Assembly (NCBI RefSeq): GCF_009914755.1
Contig: NC_060928.1
DNA length: 64,000 nucleotides
Source of the DNA: the human T2T-CHM13v2.0 reference genome, Homo sapiens
Direction: 5' to 3' (one strand)
Position numbers and translations under genes: made by a program. The first letter of the stretch is position 1, and the number at the start of each line of letters is the position of its first letter. Positions 16,204-33,401 of this stretch are shown here, one piece after another. The notes beneath the pieces are model-generated. The model was not told where the DNA came from, did not search any database, and was given only the letters and a program-made list of their open reading frames with translations.

Positions 16204-16340
16204 TATATACATTTTCGTATGTATGTTAGAGCATGAGGTCAGTTGTTTGTGTTCCATGAAGGGCATACAGACTGCAAATTGACATGACAGAGCACTCCTA
16301 TCAGAAAAAAAATCAGGATCCCTAAACAGCGTTTTTGTTA

Positions 16341-16781
<441 letters not shown>

Positions 16782-18845
16782 TTATTAATAAATATTTGTT
16801 GACTAAATAAATGAGTTAATAGAAAATCATTGTTCTATGCCAAATTGTTTGGAGCATCTAACTCATAGAGAGAAGTCTTTGTCTGTGAACTCTGGTTCTA
16901 CTTCCCTATCCGCCTCCTTTTTCTCCTTGCAATTCATAGACCTGGAGAGACATTTGATAAGTGAGACATTGGGGCTGGTGGGTCAGGGAAACAAGAGTGA
17001 ACAGTATCATTTTAAGGAGGCATGGATCTCAGTCCTAGGATTTGGGGCTTGGCCTGAAAATGACCATCTCTCGTACAGCAGAGCTGAAGGCGGAGGGGAA
17101 GGCTGTCTCCTCTTTCCTGGTGTGATGCCTCTCCCCATGACTTCTTTGCTTCTACAGAGCTGAACTTGTAGCCTCTTTCATACACAACTGGTTGAAGTGG
17201 ATGGAAATTACATGTCTTATTGCTTCTTAAAAGAAAAAAAAACATATTAAATCTAAAAGAAATGGGCAATTTTCTCGTACCACTTTCTATTTCTGTGTAA
17301 GTTACCAAGTGCCAATCATTCTTACTTTTTAAAATTCACATTTGTCAAGCAGCATGTAAGCTTTCAGTGTTGTACAAGAAAAGATAATGCTTCATGTGGA
17401 ACAGTCACTTACGCTATTCTGTGAAAGTGCCTAACCTGAAGAGAATGTATCAGATTGTTGGCTTTATAGAAATGTTAATGATTTCATTAAATTACACCCT
17501 CTACGCTGGGGTCACCAAGGAACCTCCTAAAGGGTAATCAACAAGGTATTACGGTTCTGGATATAGAATTCTTTATTGACATCAGAGTCACCACTCATTT
17601 TGCAGTGTGTATTTTAACTGGTGTAGCAAGGTGAATGCCTAAGAACCATTGTAAATGAAAGTCCCTGTGAAATTGTAGTTGGGAGCTAATGGCCATCATA
17701 ACCTGCCTGACGTGTTGCGCCTTCCCTCAGCTAACTGGAAAGCTCACTGGGTGTGAACCTCTGAAAGGAGAAGGCGCGAATCAAATTAACATTTTAGTAT
17801 TGTGGCACACCATGTATGTGTATATTGAAGATAACACCTGTGATCCTACCACAACAACAATCTGTTGTTAATGCCATGAGGGAAAAAGTCATCTTCCACA
17901 GTCAGGAGCAAACAAAATAAGGGAGGAACCCTATCCTATGTGAATGACTGTTGACACTGTTCACAGTAAGCAATTCAAAGCTTTGATTCAAGAGCTGACA
18001 GAGAGCAACAAGGCAGTACCGAGGCCAGAGTTCTCCAAAGGCCCCATTTCTGATGAACCTCTGTCTGCTGCAGTGTTTGATAGACAACTTGAAGTGATAC
18101 AAGGTAGGGAGCTCTCAGCCATGAAGCATGATCCTAGTAATGCTATCTTCAAATTAGCCCTGGATTGAGTTAAATATCAACCAAAGGGAGTGGAACGGCC
18201 CTCATGAAATCATCCCTAAGAGAATGAGAGAGATCTAATAGTGTGGTGGTTACAGTAACCACTAACCTGCAAGAAAAATCGATATCTACACTGTGTTAGA
18301 ATCACACCAAGGGCTCCTGGAGCCGAGCCATTTCAGTGAAGAATAAACCAGGATTCATTAGAGTAGAAAGTCAGAATGTGGTAGGAGGTCAAACATAAAT
18401 ACACCCCGGGCTGTTTCGTCTGCAAACCCAAGAAGATGGTCTTCTTTCAGGATCCGAGCATTTTTTAAAAGCATGGAATTTACAGAGCTGGGAAGTGACC
18501 TTAGCAATCATTGAGTCCAGCCCCTTCTTTTTACAGATGAGGAAATAGTGGCCCAGAAAGATGACTTGGCTCGCTCCCATTCACACGGCTGCTCTGGTGA
18601 GATTTCCTCATGCCACACTGCTCATGTCCAGCTTTGCAGTCCATGAATCAAAACACAACTGTTTATTGAGCCTCTCTGTGGAAGGCACTCTGCCAAGCTT
18701 TCGAGGGGCGTAAAGAAAGCCGCATCAGTCTTCTCCCTCTCTTTGCCGGAGAGAAGATCAAACTACATAATAGGTTACCCAAGATTCAGTGGTTAAGTGG
18801 CGATGTAAGACAACAATAAAAGAGAGCTGTCCCAAAGCAGAATAT

Positions 18846-18848
<3 letters not shown>

Positions 18849-18885
<37 letters not shown>
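18849..18885. repeat. (TG)n microsatellite
   Basis: About 18 uninterrupted TG units. Confidence 0.97.
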
Positions 18886-18886
<1 letters not shown>

Positions 18887-18976
18887 TTCTACCTAAAAAA
18901 GCCCCTTCTTCCCACCTAGGAAGTAGGTTATAAAGGCAGGGGTTTTCCTGTTCCCTTTATTATTACTTCCACTTAG

Positions 18977-21550
18977 CACAATATTCAGTTGTGTTTATAC
19001 CCCAGTTTCTGTTTTGGAAGGAGTGCGAGATACACTCGCTGCAAGGAATGGGAGCCTGCATATGGAGCGAGAGCTCAGGCAGAATTACTAGCATCGCAGC
19101 CTTAAGTATGAGAGGTTGCCCTAACCGGAGCCTTGCACTAGCTAGGGAGAAGACTCCATCTGTATTGGTTTCTGGAACAAAGCCCAGACAAGGCAGAGTC
19201 AGTGCCATTTCTTTGCATTCACTAAATATTAAATGTTCATATGTCCTTAACAAAATTGTAGCCCCCAAGAACCATGGAATTTCAGTCAAAGAAACATGCA
19301 TACATGCACATGTAGATAATCTTTCTGCTTTGTACTATTCGACCCGTGTTGAAATCCCAGGGATAACATTGCCTTTCAGATAAAGTTTGACCATCATATT
19401 ACCCACACACAAAAAAGCATCACATGAAATAAAGAAACAGGAGCATGTGGTACACCCTCCAGGACTGGAGAAGAAGGTGGCTTGGTCTGGGTTAGAGACT
19501 GATAGCTAAAAACTAAGTCTGGCTGCTGAAAACTAGCCATATCTACTCAATAATGCACATGTCCCCATGGAAACTCCTTATCTTGCCTTCCACTCCGTTA
19601 AGTTTTCATATTCATGGCTCCCTGTGAAACCTAGAGAAGTATATTTCTTGAAAGTCTTGGTTAGTAGCCTGTTCACTTCCTTGCTATTCTCATGGCAAAG
19701 TACCAACGACGTGTGTCGGCAAAGAGCGAGATAGTGAGTTTACATTTTAGAGTGTAATTTCCTTATGAAGCCATCCGTTTTGTTTGTAACAGTCTGACCG
19801 TTCTAACCAGCTTCTAGGAGCCAGGCGCCAGGACAGAGGAAAAGAACTTCATTTTATTAAAATGGTGGCAAATTCGATTAGCGATTTCAGTGGCACATTA
19901 AGCAGGTTATTATTAGACAGAACTGACATTTCACATGCAGGCATATTCTTTACTTGAAAGTCAAGTGTCATTCAAAAGAGGGAGAAATTATTTAGGATTT
20001 TTGAAAACCTCAAAGAAATCCCCTGAAAACCTCTCCTTATAAATGCCTCCACCTGTTGAGGAGTCAGGGCTAGAACTGATGACTTTGATTTCTCCTTGAT
20101 GCAAACAATGATACCAGAATGGAATGGCTCTGGGGAGTGCTCATAAGCAGTGGTCAGGAAAGTGGATTCTCCTTCTACATCCGTAGCTGGACCCCAGTGC
20201 TGACGGGCCTCGCCGAAGGGCGGTGTGATTCATTCACAGGGCACACCACAGAGAACTGCCCCTTCCTCCATCCAAACAGAATCATCCTCCTGCTGTATAT
20301 ACAGATATTGCAGCAGTCACTGAGATACTTGAAGAGTTTTTCACTGCGTCTGCCTTTGGAGGTACACATTTGGCTCGGCAGAAGCTAAACATTTTTAAGA
20401 GCACAGTAAGAAATAGGCCAGAAAACATGAAAGCTTTATAGCTTTTTAGAAAACTTGATGGTCTTGCTGGTACAGCTCCCTATGATATGGTTCAGTTGTA
20501 ATAGCAATGGAAAGTGTATCAGTGCAAGCTGCTGATGAAACATCAGAAAATGTAGCCAAGGGTCTTTTAAACACATTCAAGAACTGTTCTTTTGAACTGT
20601 GCCTCTTAGCCTTGGAAAACCTCTTCAAGATTTTAAACAGGGCCCCTGGATGAACTATAGAGTGAGAACCTGAAATTATCTTGTGCACTGGAATCAATAT
20701 CAAGCAATATTTTCTCTTTGAGAGAAATTCAATCTGACAGAAGGGAGTAGGAGCAATAAGGAAACTGGGACCCTGGCTGAAATGCTTGCCTGAGAAACAC
20801 GCGGCAAAGCAGTACAAATTAGGTGATGTCACTAAAGTCAGAAAACCATAGTGACAGAATAAAATGTTATCTGAGCTTCAGAATACTTCATTATCACTAC
20901 CACAGGTCACTAAGCTTCACAAAATGCATCCATCAGCCTTGATAGCCATTTGGAGGCCGCCGCTGGTAGCTAGATGGCGCAGCAGCGGAACACAGCCCCT
21001 CCACCTCAGGAGACCAGGGTGCAGCAGAGGCCTGGGCGCACAGAGCAAAGTTTGTTAGTCTCAAAGTGCTCTCTAGTGGCCATATGAACATAAAATTATC
21101 TGAAGCAGGGAGTCACTTGGGGAGAGGATTTAGAATTAAAGGGCTGTTGCCGAGCCTGTAATCCCAGCTATTCCAGAGGCCGAAGAGAGAGGATTGCTTG
21201 AGCCCAGGAGTTCGAGACCAGCCTGGGCAACACAGCGAGACCCTACCTCTAAAAAGTTCAATTTTTTTTTTAAAGATTAATTTTGGAAAGCAAGGTAGAG
21301 TCGCTTTCCACTGCAATCTACATCTCCTGGATCTGGGGGAACAGTTTATGAGCAACTTGCCTTTCCCAACTATTGTGCTGCTACCCATAAAACACTTATA
21401 AATTATTAAACTCAGCTGTGTGATTTCTAGACTGGATATTAGAGGTTTCTCAAATTCATGGGGAAGCATTTAGGTTTAAATTCATCCTTGCAGATTTCTA
21501 GGAGTTTCATTCATGAAGGGTATTTCTGAGTAGACGGTGAGGTACATTTA
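18977..21550 (+). pseudogene. Degenerate hAT-superfamily (Tip100/DUF4371, ZMYM1/THAP12/ZNF862-like) transposase coding sequence
   Basis: Colinear motifs by hand translation: SHEIKKQEH 19420, EN*PYL 19528, YLAFH 19579, HFLAILMAKY 19674, FIKMVANSISDFSG..LLLDRTDISH 19853-19936, LGFL 19992, EESGLEL 20058, CKQ*YQNG 20100, FIHRAHHREL 20229, T*WSCWY 20453, AKGLLNTF 20555, LDEL*SENL ~20646, FPTIVLL 21363, RGFS 21441; many stops and frameshifts. Confidence 0.75.
21141..21262 (+). mobile_element. FLAM / Alu monomer inserted in the hAT fossil
   Basis: CCTGTAATCCCAGCTA...TTGAGCCCAGGAGTTCGAGACCAGCCTGGGCAACACAGCGAGACCC. Confidence 0.85.
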
Positions 21551-21801
21551 TCCTGTCCATCTGTGTGACATGCAGAAGCTCTGTGCTGTGATCCAAAGCC
21601 ACCTTGGCTGTAAATGTAACTGTTTAGGGAATGTGATAAGAGCCAGCTGCTAAGCTTGGTGGGAGGAAATCATTTCTGAAGCACCCACATATTCCAGGTA
21701 CAGTCTCTTATTTTATCACTAGTATTCATTCAATCCTCACAAAAACCTTCTGGTGTAGGAATCATTATCTCTCTTTTTTTTCTTTTGGCCCCCAGATAAG
21801 G

Positions 21802-22140
21802 CAGGGGTTTACAAACTTTACATGTAAAGGACCAGAGAGTAACGATTTTAGGCTTCGAGGGTCACACGGTCTCTGCGTCTCTGCAGTGTGTGTGCATCTA
21901 CTCAATTCTGCTGTTGTAAAGAGCTGTCAAGGACATCAACAAATGAGAGTGGCTATAGCCAACCAAACTTTATTTATGGACTCTGAAATGTGAATTTCGT
22001 CTAATTTTCACATGCCTCAAAATATTGTTCTTTTCTTGGTTTCATTTCAACCATTTAACAATGTAAAAACCATCCTTCCCTCAAGGGCCATGCAAACATG
22101 GGCAGGGAGGCCGTGCAAACACAGTGGCCTGTGCCAGCCA
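21802..22140. mobile_element. MER58B-like hAT-Charlie MITE
   Basis: CAGGGGTTTACAAACTTT..GTAAAGGACCAGA..ATTTTAGGCTT...AACTTTATTTATGGAC...CCATTTAACAATGTAAAAACCAT. Confidence 0.75.
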
Positions 22141-22656
22141 AGGCAACAGTTAGTTGTCAAGTTTGCCGAGTCCTGTGATGAGGAACCAGAATCCCAGTTT
22201 GCAAGTCAGTACGTGGTGGCCTCAGTAGTCCAAACAGCTGACTGTGGCCCAGGTTGAACTGGGAGTCATCGGTGGACATCAGCCCTCCTCCTGCTATCCA
22301 CCCTATGGTAATGCTTTTTTTTTTTTTTTTTTAGAAAAAGAAAATTTAATGTGTACTTCTCTAGGAAGAGCCAAGCAAAGACAAAGAAAGACAGAAAACA
22401 GCACTGTGGGAAACCAATCTGGCACTAAGGAATATGTACAGTGGTGCCAGGAAGACTACTATTTAGGACTTTATAAAGACTTCTGAATCAGATGGAAGGC
22501 ACAGGTCCCAAATTCACAGGGCTTCCTATCATTTAGGAAATCCATTAGAAATTCATGGAAACACAAATTTAAAAGCTTGCAGGCATATATCCAATCACAT
22601 TCAGCAATAGGGAAATACATATAATAAGAATTGCTTCTAGGACCGGGTCTCCAATC

Positions 22657-22975
22657 CCCAGCTAATTTTTTGTATTTTTTTAAGTACAGACAGGGTTTCA
22701 CATGTTGCCCAGGCTAGTCTTGAACTCCTAGGCTCCCGCGATCCACACACCTTGGCCTCCCAAAGTGCTGGGACCACAGGCATGAGCCACCACACCCGCC
22801 TTATTTCTCTAGAATTTAGAACAATTTCTACAATGAGCTCTTAGGCTATTTAGCAAAAGAAACACAGACTTGTTCAGGAGGATGGAGCCCTCACTAATGG
22901 GGTTCATTGCCGAGATCGTGCCACTGCATTCCAGCCTGGGTGACAGAGCAAGGCTCCGTCTACAAAAAAAAAAGA
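22657..22975. mobile_element. Two Alu fragments in opposite orientation (left arm on -, 3' tip on +)
   Basis: Antisense left arm 22657-22800; sense GCCGAGATCGTGCCACTGCA...polyA ~22909-22975. Confidence 0.85.
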
Positions 22976-23019
22976 ACTTTTCTTTTTCATTGAGAGAATG
23001 GGAAAGGTAAGTTATAGCA

Positions 23020-24790
<1,771 letters not shown>

Positions 24791-24804
24791 CTAGTGTGGA
24801 CAAC

Positions 24805-24960
24805 TGGCGGGATTACCCAAGGTTGTCATTTAAAATACAGATGACAAGTTTCCATCTTCAGAGGTTTCAAGTCAGTAGGTCTGGGATGAGGCCTGGGAAT
24901 CTGAAGCTTTCTCAATCTCTCCAGGAGCTTTTTACATAAGCCAAAGCTTGAGGCTCACTG
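24805..24960. mobile_element. MER5A-like hAT-Charlie MITE
   Basis: CAGTAGGTCTGGGATGAGGCCTGGGAATCTG...AGCCAAAGCTTGAG..CACTG. Confidence 0.7.
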
Positions 24961-25629
24961 ATAGTGACTGAACTGAGCTTCTTTCTTTCAGAGCTGATTC
25001 ATCCATTATCCACAGTAACTCCTGCCTACCCTGATGACACCAAGCACGGCCTCCGCATTCCTGCAGACTAGGAATTTCTCATGTGTTTATTCTAATAAAG
25101 TTCCAGTGTAGAGAATCATCTCATGGAGTTGAAATACTGGAATTTCACTCATCATCGGCATCTCTTCCTGGAGCAAAGGCTAGAAGAAGCCTCAAGAGCT
25201 TTAGGTGTAAGATTGACCTAGGTGATAGCTCTTAGCATTTGAGGGACCTTTTGAGAATCTGCTGGTAGCTCTGGAGTGTCCCTGGAACTATGCACACACA
25301 TGCAGTTGGCACATGATTTTGGAGGGTCACATGTCACCCATCCATAAACAACATCCTAGGAATTTAGAAACTCACAGTTAGGGACCTCTGCTGTGGGGAC
25401 TCAAAGCCCATTCTTGGTGTAACTGTTTTCGGCAGAAGCCAGTAAGAACTGGAGGTTTCTGGGAAAGCATGGTGTGCTCCAACTACTGTACCTGCTGATC
25501 TCTGTCGGTTCCCTTAGAAAGAGGAGAAGCTGCAAAGGGAAGTCACAAGAGTCACATTCTAGTTCTACTCCTAACAACGATGGGAACTTGTTTCTGCTTC
25601 TTCATATCTGCGCCATTTTCTCCTCTTAG

Positions 25630-25992
<363 letters not shown>

Positions 25993-26973
25993 TAGAGAGG
26001 CTCAGAGAAGAGGTGAAAGGCCTGTACACTGAGAAGCATATGCATGTTTATTGGGCACCCACTGCATAGCCTGGTTCAGGCCTTGCATGGATTACGGGGC
26101 CAAACATTTGTGAAATATTTATATACAAGACAAATACAGCTGCCAGGTGTTGTCCATAGTCCACGTTCAAAGGGAGTAAAGTCTGCCTCAAGTTGTAGCC
26201 AAAGAAGAAATAGGTAAAATTAAGAAATATGGAGCTGAAATTTTTTAAAAAGGGCAAAAAGAAAGAAACTCACAAATTAAAAAAAAAAAACAAAACTAGA
26301 TCTGAGAGTTAACAAAATGTACTAACTGCAGTAACTGTTGCCCTGAGGGCATTTCCGCTCTCCAAAGGATTCTTCTATGAAGGAGAGTTGGGCAGTCACC
26401 CACCTGTGAGGCTGGTCCTGGGGCCCTGGACCTCTGAGGCTCCATCCCTGTGACCAACAGCTGCTCTCCTCACAGTTACACTCTGCTCCTGTTTTCCTCT
26501 CCTCCCACGTGGAAACATACTCTTATTGGAGTCAAGGTAATTGATCTCAATTTAGCTATTACAGGGTCATCTTGTAATCTATCATAACAAATGATGTTTT
26601 CATTACTCTAGATTATTATACACCATGGTCTACAGGATGTGAAAAATCTAATCCAATTCCTCACTTCATGTAGACACAGCAGAAATCCTTTCCACTGATG
26701 TTTCCGTCAAAAGATCTGTCAAAGGAAGGGCGAGAAAGAAGCACAGCCTCCCCGCCTCCCCATTTAGCAGGCAGCAGTTTTAAATATCTTTGTTGTATTG
26801 CTCTTGGCCAGATTCTACCGTCCGATATTTTTGATACTCCCAGGTCTTTAATTTTAATATAAAAATTTTGCTTGAAAAAATAGTGATTTTTCTTTTATGT
26901 GGGAAAGTATTATATTAATATAACCAATGTTCATTGTTTGATGCACAGAGCAGGAGATAAAGTGAACAGATAG

Positions 26974-27265
<292 letters not shown>

Positions 27266-27949
27266 AGCTTCAGAAGAATTTGGATTCCATTTTTGAATTC
27301 AGACCCGTATCATCAGCTGAGATAATAACTAAAAATGTACCAGGAATTTTCTCTGACAATAACAGACATTGTATTGAATTCATTAGTGCTTGAGTCACCA
27401 AATAGAAGGTTATATCTGGGGAAAAGAATGAGTTTAGGGTTCACAAGAAAGCCAGTTGACATATGCTCGGTCATATTACTAGTATGAAAGCTTGGAGCCA
27501 AAGAGAATATTCACAGATTTGTGTGTACTTTTATTCATCATCAGCGGACATCAGTGACATAATCAGGCTCACCAAAGCCCCCTATTTCTAGCAGAGAGGA
27601 AACATTCTAGGTGTGACTGTAAAATTATAAGGCTGGCTGCTGTGGAGTCTGTCTCATTACTTTATAATCACATTCCATGGCCTCCTGAAGTGGTTTGCCT
27701 TGTTCTTGATTCAACAGTTTTACTAAAAAAAGAAATATTAGTTGTTATTACGCAAGTTTATTTTACTTGCACCTTTCAGAATCTTGAAGTAAATTTTGTC
27801 TATTGGCCAACCAGAGCCCCTCTTTTTCTGGTAAACTTTACACTTTTAGTTACCCACACTTTCTAGAAATTATGAAACCCAGTAATGCAAACTGGCATAT
27901 GTCAGAAACACTATAAATATTCACAAACGTCATCATCATAATCAACATC

Positions 27950-28530
27950 ACTAAGATTTACTGAGCACTTCACATGTGTTACATCAGGTAATTATTACAA
28001 AAACTCAGTAGGGATATAATTATCCCCATTTCACAGATCAGAAAATTGAAATTATAGAAGTTGAGTAACTCAGCAAAGTCACAGGGATAAGTGGCGGAGC
28101 CAGGAGTCAAACCCAGGCATTTTGACTCTGGAGGCTGCCTCGACTTCTGTATTATGCTGTCATCAAAAAGGGATAGACACAGTGTACATCAGTACAATGG
28201 ATACTCAGTAAATAGGAAGAATCCTGGACTTTAAGAATTATTAATAATATGGGAAATGTTCATTTAAAAAAGATAAAGAGAAAAATGTGTTGAGAACTTA
28301 CTGTGTACCAGATGCTGTGGTAAGTTGCTATATATACATTGTCTCATTTCATCCTCATATTAACCAATGACGCAACGAATTATCTTATTATCTCTATTTT
28401 ATAAACAACCGAGTCAGAGATTTAAGAAGCTTGGCTAAGTTCACACGACTAATAAATCACAGAGCCAGGATTTGAACTTATGTCGATTTGACTCCAGAGC
28501 CTATGGACTCAATCTCTAACCTATACTGCA
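27950..28530. mobile_element. Two MIR elements
   Basis: TTATCCCCATTTCACAGAT..GTAACTCAGCAAAGTCACAG..GGAGCCAGGAGTCAAACCCAGG and a second similar core at ~28290-28520. Confidence 0.7.
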
Positions 28531-28849
28531 TCTTAGCTTACCCAATTACACACATGGTTAATTTGGGCAATGTGTGCAGATATGTAGGGGCAAGACTGGA
28601 AGGAAAAACACAAAACATTTAAAAGTTGTCGTCACCAAGAGTCAGATTATGGATGGTTTTTATTGTCTTCTCCATACTTACCTGTATTTCCCAATTTTTC
28701 TTTGACAGGCACTTATTTCTTTTTCGGTCAATGAAAACATTATTAATAATACAGAACAAACATATTACCTGTGTGCCATGCACTATGGCCCCCGGAATCC
28801 CTGCTCCAGAAGTAACAGCAAGCCCTGCCCTCTAGCTTCAGCCTCTTCC

Positions 28850-29950
28850 TGCAGGCTGGATCCATTTCCTAACCTTCACTGAAACCAGGCTGTCCCAAAG
28901 CTTATCTGTGGAGGTGACTATTGCCACTCCAGACCATCACCTCCCACCTCTCTCCCTTGAGACTCACAGCATCTGTCAGTACCAACATATCCCCAACCGG
29001 ACCCGACCTCTGTCCCTCAGGTATCCTTCATCACCTTTTTTGACATCTTCAGTAGCTACTTAGATGACCCACCCAACACCCTGCCAATCAGTTCCTGGGC
29101 TTCCTAGGGCCAATGAATACATTTTCCTCTGCTCCATGACTGCCATAGGCTGCGTGATTCACATGCCTCGCCCAAACTTGCATCACCTCCAGAACACTAC
29201 ATATACCAGCCATGACCTCTTATCTTCTATGTCACTTGATCAAGTATTTCTACCATATTTCGCCTTTAATTATGACATAAAATTCTCGGTTTCTTGATCT
29301 CCATCAGTCCTTTCCTTCCTTCACATTTTTTCTCCAGATTACACCCCATGGCCCGTCATTATAACCACCTTGCCCCCTCTCCCTGCATCATGCTTGCCTA
29401 AGGAGACCCAGGTGCTCACTCCTCCTCAGCTGCACCCAGCAGGTGAACTTTGGCCAGATTCATACAACTAAGCAAATTGGCTTCACTTTAAAATTCATCC
29501 TCCTGCACCCCAAATGGGCTTTCACTGTAACCCAGCAACCCAGTGCATTTTTGCTAGTAAGATTACTGTCCCTGTCTCCAAGAAGACCATTTCTTCTCTC
29601 TTCTCAAACTCTCTACCCTTCCTAGTGGCCTCCTCACATCCTCCATCCACTTTAACTTACACTTGGCTGAGAAAATAGGGGCCATCAGATCCGCCCTCAC
29701 CTTCCCACCATCAGATTCACAAACTCATCCACACTTGACATTGTTGATTTTTTTTCTTTCCTTTAGCAACTGAGAAAACAACTTCCTTTTCTATCAAAGG
29801 CCAGTCTCTCCATGTGTTCTCTGCATCCCATCCCTTCTCAAGATATTTGCTTCTAAGTTATCCCTTTCTAAAAATCAGTAATGTCAAGTTTCCCTCAGTT
29901 CATTTCCCATGGCTTCATAACACAGAAGCTTCCATCTTTCAACATTTCAG
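28850..29950 (+). mobile_element. L2 fragment
   Basis: C/T-rich L2 ORF2-like sequence (CACTGAAACCAGGCTGTCC, TGAGAAAATAGGGGCCATCAGA). Confidence 0.55.
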
Positions 29951-30003
29951 CATATTCTAGGCAAGGTTAAGAGTTAGGATAAATGATGGAACAATACTTC
30001 TTT

Positions 30004-31286
<1,283 letters not shown>

Positions 31287-32084
31287 AACAATATTTCTTT
31301 GGAATCAACTAGTGTCAGAGTTACTTCCTTAGGCCCATACCAGACTCACCCACATCTGTTACAGCCTGACCATACAAAAGGATCCCTTTTGCTCTGGGAG
31401 TACCTTGCATCTTGGTCCTCCAAGAAAACAGAAGTGGCACACGCATCCACCTCTTCTAGAAACCAGGTGCCCTGGTTGGATAGGATGTTTTCTTGTTGAG
31501 GTAGGCTGCACTTGCATGGGAAAAAAAAATGGCATGGTGACCTCTTATGCTCATTCTAAACCAGTTGGAATAGTTCCAGGGGAATCCAGCCTCACAAAAC
31601 TGACCTTATTAGGTGCCAATTGGTATGTATTGGTCATGAGATAGATGAGAGGCAGGGCAGGATTGTTGTCCAGGTAGCGATGGGAAATTGAGTAGGGTCC
31701 ATTCTGCTTGGCTTTAGCCATCCACACTCTTAATATGCCAGCCTAAAGATTATTGTCTTGCAACCTTCTGTTTATTATTGAACAATAAACTAAACATACT
31801 ATGTGACAATAACTTCCCTGGGGAAGGTTTATTCCAGTGAATGATGTAGCTCTTGGCTCCATACTTCCTCAGGAGTTCCAGATGATTCCATTCCCTGAAT
31901 TTCTGCCCATCACTCTGCTCTCCCACTTACCATAACAGATGGTGGAGAAGTTCCTGTACCCAGAAAGCTGTTACTGCAGCTTCCTCTCACATATTGCCAG
32001 TCTGGCTGCCCATGGACAGACTGATATCAAGAAGGAGACAAAGGAGAGGTTGCAGGAAAGTAAGAGTGATCAAGAGTCAAATAT

Positions 32085-32379
<295 letters not shown>

Positions 32380-32699
32380 TCAAATATGGCAGAGGCTGTC
32401 ATAGAGCAAGAGAGCGTTCCATCTTCTAGACGCTCCACTCAGAGGAACCGAGAAACTTGAGCTTGCACTTCTAGAGCACTGCAGGTCTCCCCAGGAACCC
32501 TCAGGAATAACCACCTTCTCCCCAGCCTTGACCATGAAGGAAAGTTCAGTGGGATGAACCCCAACAGGAAGGCAGGGGGCAGAAAAAAGAGAGAGAAAGT
32601 CTGGGAGAAGTTCTTCCAGACACACAGCTCAGCTGACTCTGAGTGAGATTATTAAAACCAATGAGAAAGAATGGAAATCACTGGCACCACCCTTTGGGC

Positions 32700-32990
32700 C
32701 AGCTGTCTTGAAAGCGTGCTCCATAGACCAGTGTCTGTCTTTGCACTGCATGTTGAGTGTGTGTGAAAAGTACAGACATTGAAAGTAACCGTTTAGAAAC
32801 AATTAAAGCAATCGGACAGAGTAATTCTCTGTCTATTGAATCTAATAATAAAAACCTGGGACCTGTATTTTGTATGTCTTCATTTTTTTTCTAGAAATCC
32901 CTTGATCTTATTTGACAAAAAATATAGATTCGGTACAGATCGTGGGGAAATCCCAGGTCCTCCCTCCCAGACTATTTGAGAAGCACTGTT
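32700..32990. mobile_element. hAT-Charlie-type MITE (Charlie4-like)
   Basis: Degenerate TIR-like ends (..AAAGCGTGCTCCATAGACCAGTG / CAGACTATTTGAGAAGCACTG). Confidence 0.45.
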
Positions 32991-33401
32991 TAAGACTAAT
33001 GTTTGTAGTGAAGTCACAGTGAGAGCATGTTCTTTCTGATGCAAACACACCCACCTCCTGCCCTCGTGTCCTGCAGGCTGACCTGAGAGCCAGCTGCATA
33101 GCTCAAGCCACAAAGGAACCTAGTTTTTGGAAAGGGTGAGTATGAAAATAATACAAGGTAAAGAAAAGAATGTTACTTAAGATCTACTTATTATCTAAAT
33201 CCTGCCCCCTTTTCTTAAAGACTGGAAAGACAAAGAAAAATTGGATATGTTTAGAAGTAAATTACCTCCCAGGCAGCAAGAGAGATTTAGAGGCTGGAGG
33301 TAAAGTATCTCTTTCTTAAAGTTCAAAGAGTGTGACAAAAAGGTAGATATAGAGACAGATGAGAAAAAGAGAACAGAGAATGAAAGAGCTCAAAGCAGCC
33401 C

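Noticed and set aside
19272-19340. TTF-type zinc finger remnant (PW...SFCFVLF) at the start of the hAT fossil
   Set aside because: The position fits, but it is in a different frame from its neighbours and lacks the second Cys; too weak to count as evidence.
31310-32070. Possible retroviral/Gypsy integrase remnant (NGPY-like peptide on the - strand)
   Set aside because: A single short motif with no supporting colinear integrase motifs.
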